Below the pieces are notes generated by a model. The model was given only the letters and a program-made list of their open reading frames with translations. It did no database searches and had not been told where the DNA came from. A DNA stretch of 64,000 nucleotides from sequence record EF437941. One strand, given 5' to 3'. Each line of letters opens with the position of its first letter. The first letter of the stretch is position 1. A program made the translations under genes and the position numbers. The DNA comes from Escherichia phage Phi1. This document shows, one piece after another, positions 63,858 through 64,000 of the stretch.

Positions 63858-63989
63858 TTATTTTGCTTCTACAACCTTGCGGATTGTGCGGTCTGATACA
63901 TTATAGATTCGTGCCAGTTCGCCTTTAGTCAAGCCGCGAGCGTATTGTTTACGGATGGTTTCTTTCTGGATAGCGGTCAGTTTAGTCAT
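63858..63989 (-). CDS. Small standalone HTH protein (43 aa)
   Basis: ORF read by hand (MTKLTAIQKETIRKQYARGLTKGELARIYNVSDRTIRKVVEAK) with GAGGTGAT RBS; resembles the N-terminus of the adjacent 333-aa protein. Confidence 0.4.
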   Translation of the reverse strand: MTKLTAIQKETIRKQYARGLTKGELARIYNVSDRTIRKVVEAK

Positions 63990-64000
63990 AATATCACCTC

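Overview
This window is a contiguous segment of a T4-like (Tevenvirinae-type) myovirus genome, identified from protein similarity to T4 gene products as I recall them and from T4 gene order; no database search was run. The order is hoc, inh-like, uvsW, uvsW.1, uvsY, baseplate/tail genes 25-26-51-27-28-29-48-54, alt, a ~8 kb region of small early genes, DNA ligase (30), 31, cd, pseT, rnlA, denA, nrdB, nrdA, td, frd, 32, 59, 33, dsbA, rnh, long-tail-fibre genes 34-35-36-37, holin t, a second ~5 kb variable region, and topoisomerase subunit 52. Core genes are confidently called; most small ORFs in the two variable regions have no recognisable function. About 22 copies of a conserved sigma70-like early promoter cassette precede minus-strand genes, and four exact TATAAATA late-promoter boxes precede late genes. 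The most interesting candidates for undescribed biology are: a translationally coupled early operon encoding a ParB/DUF262-like protein, a zinc-ribbon protein and a minimal cytosine-C5-methyltransferase-like protein (16.2-18.2 kb); a six-member paralog family with an H-x-H-W motif (19.3-22.7 kb); a CYTH-like protein between dsbA and rnh; a five-fold zinc-finger repeat protein with a T5orf172-like C-terminus; thymidylate synthase with a ~128-aa in-frame insertion; gp37 with a C-terminal intramolecular-chaperone-like domain and no gp38; and a secreted DUF1311/LprI-like protein. All domain assignments are by eye from motifs and need HMM or structure confirmation. Small-ORF coordinates were indexed by hand and may be off by a few bases.
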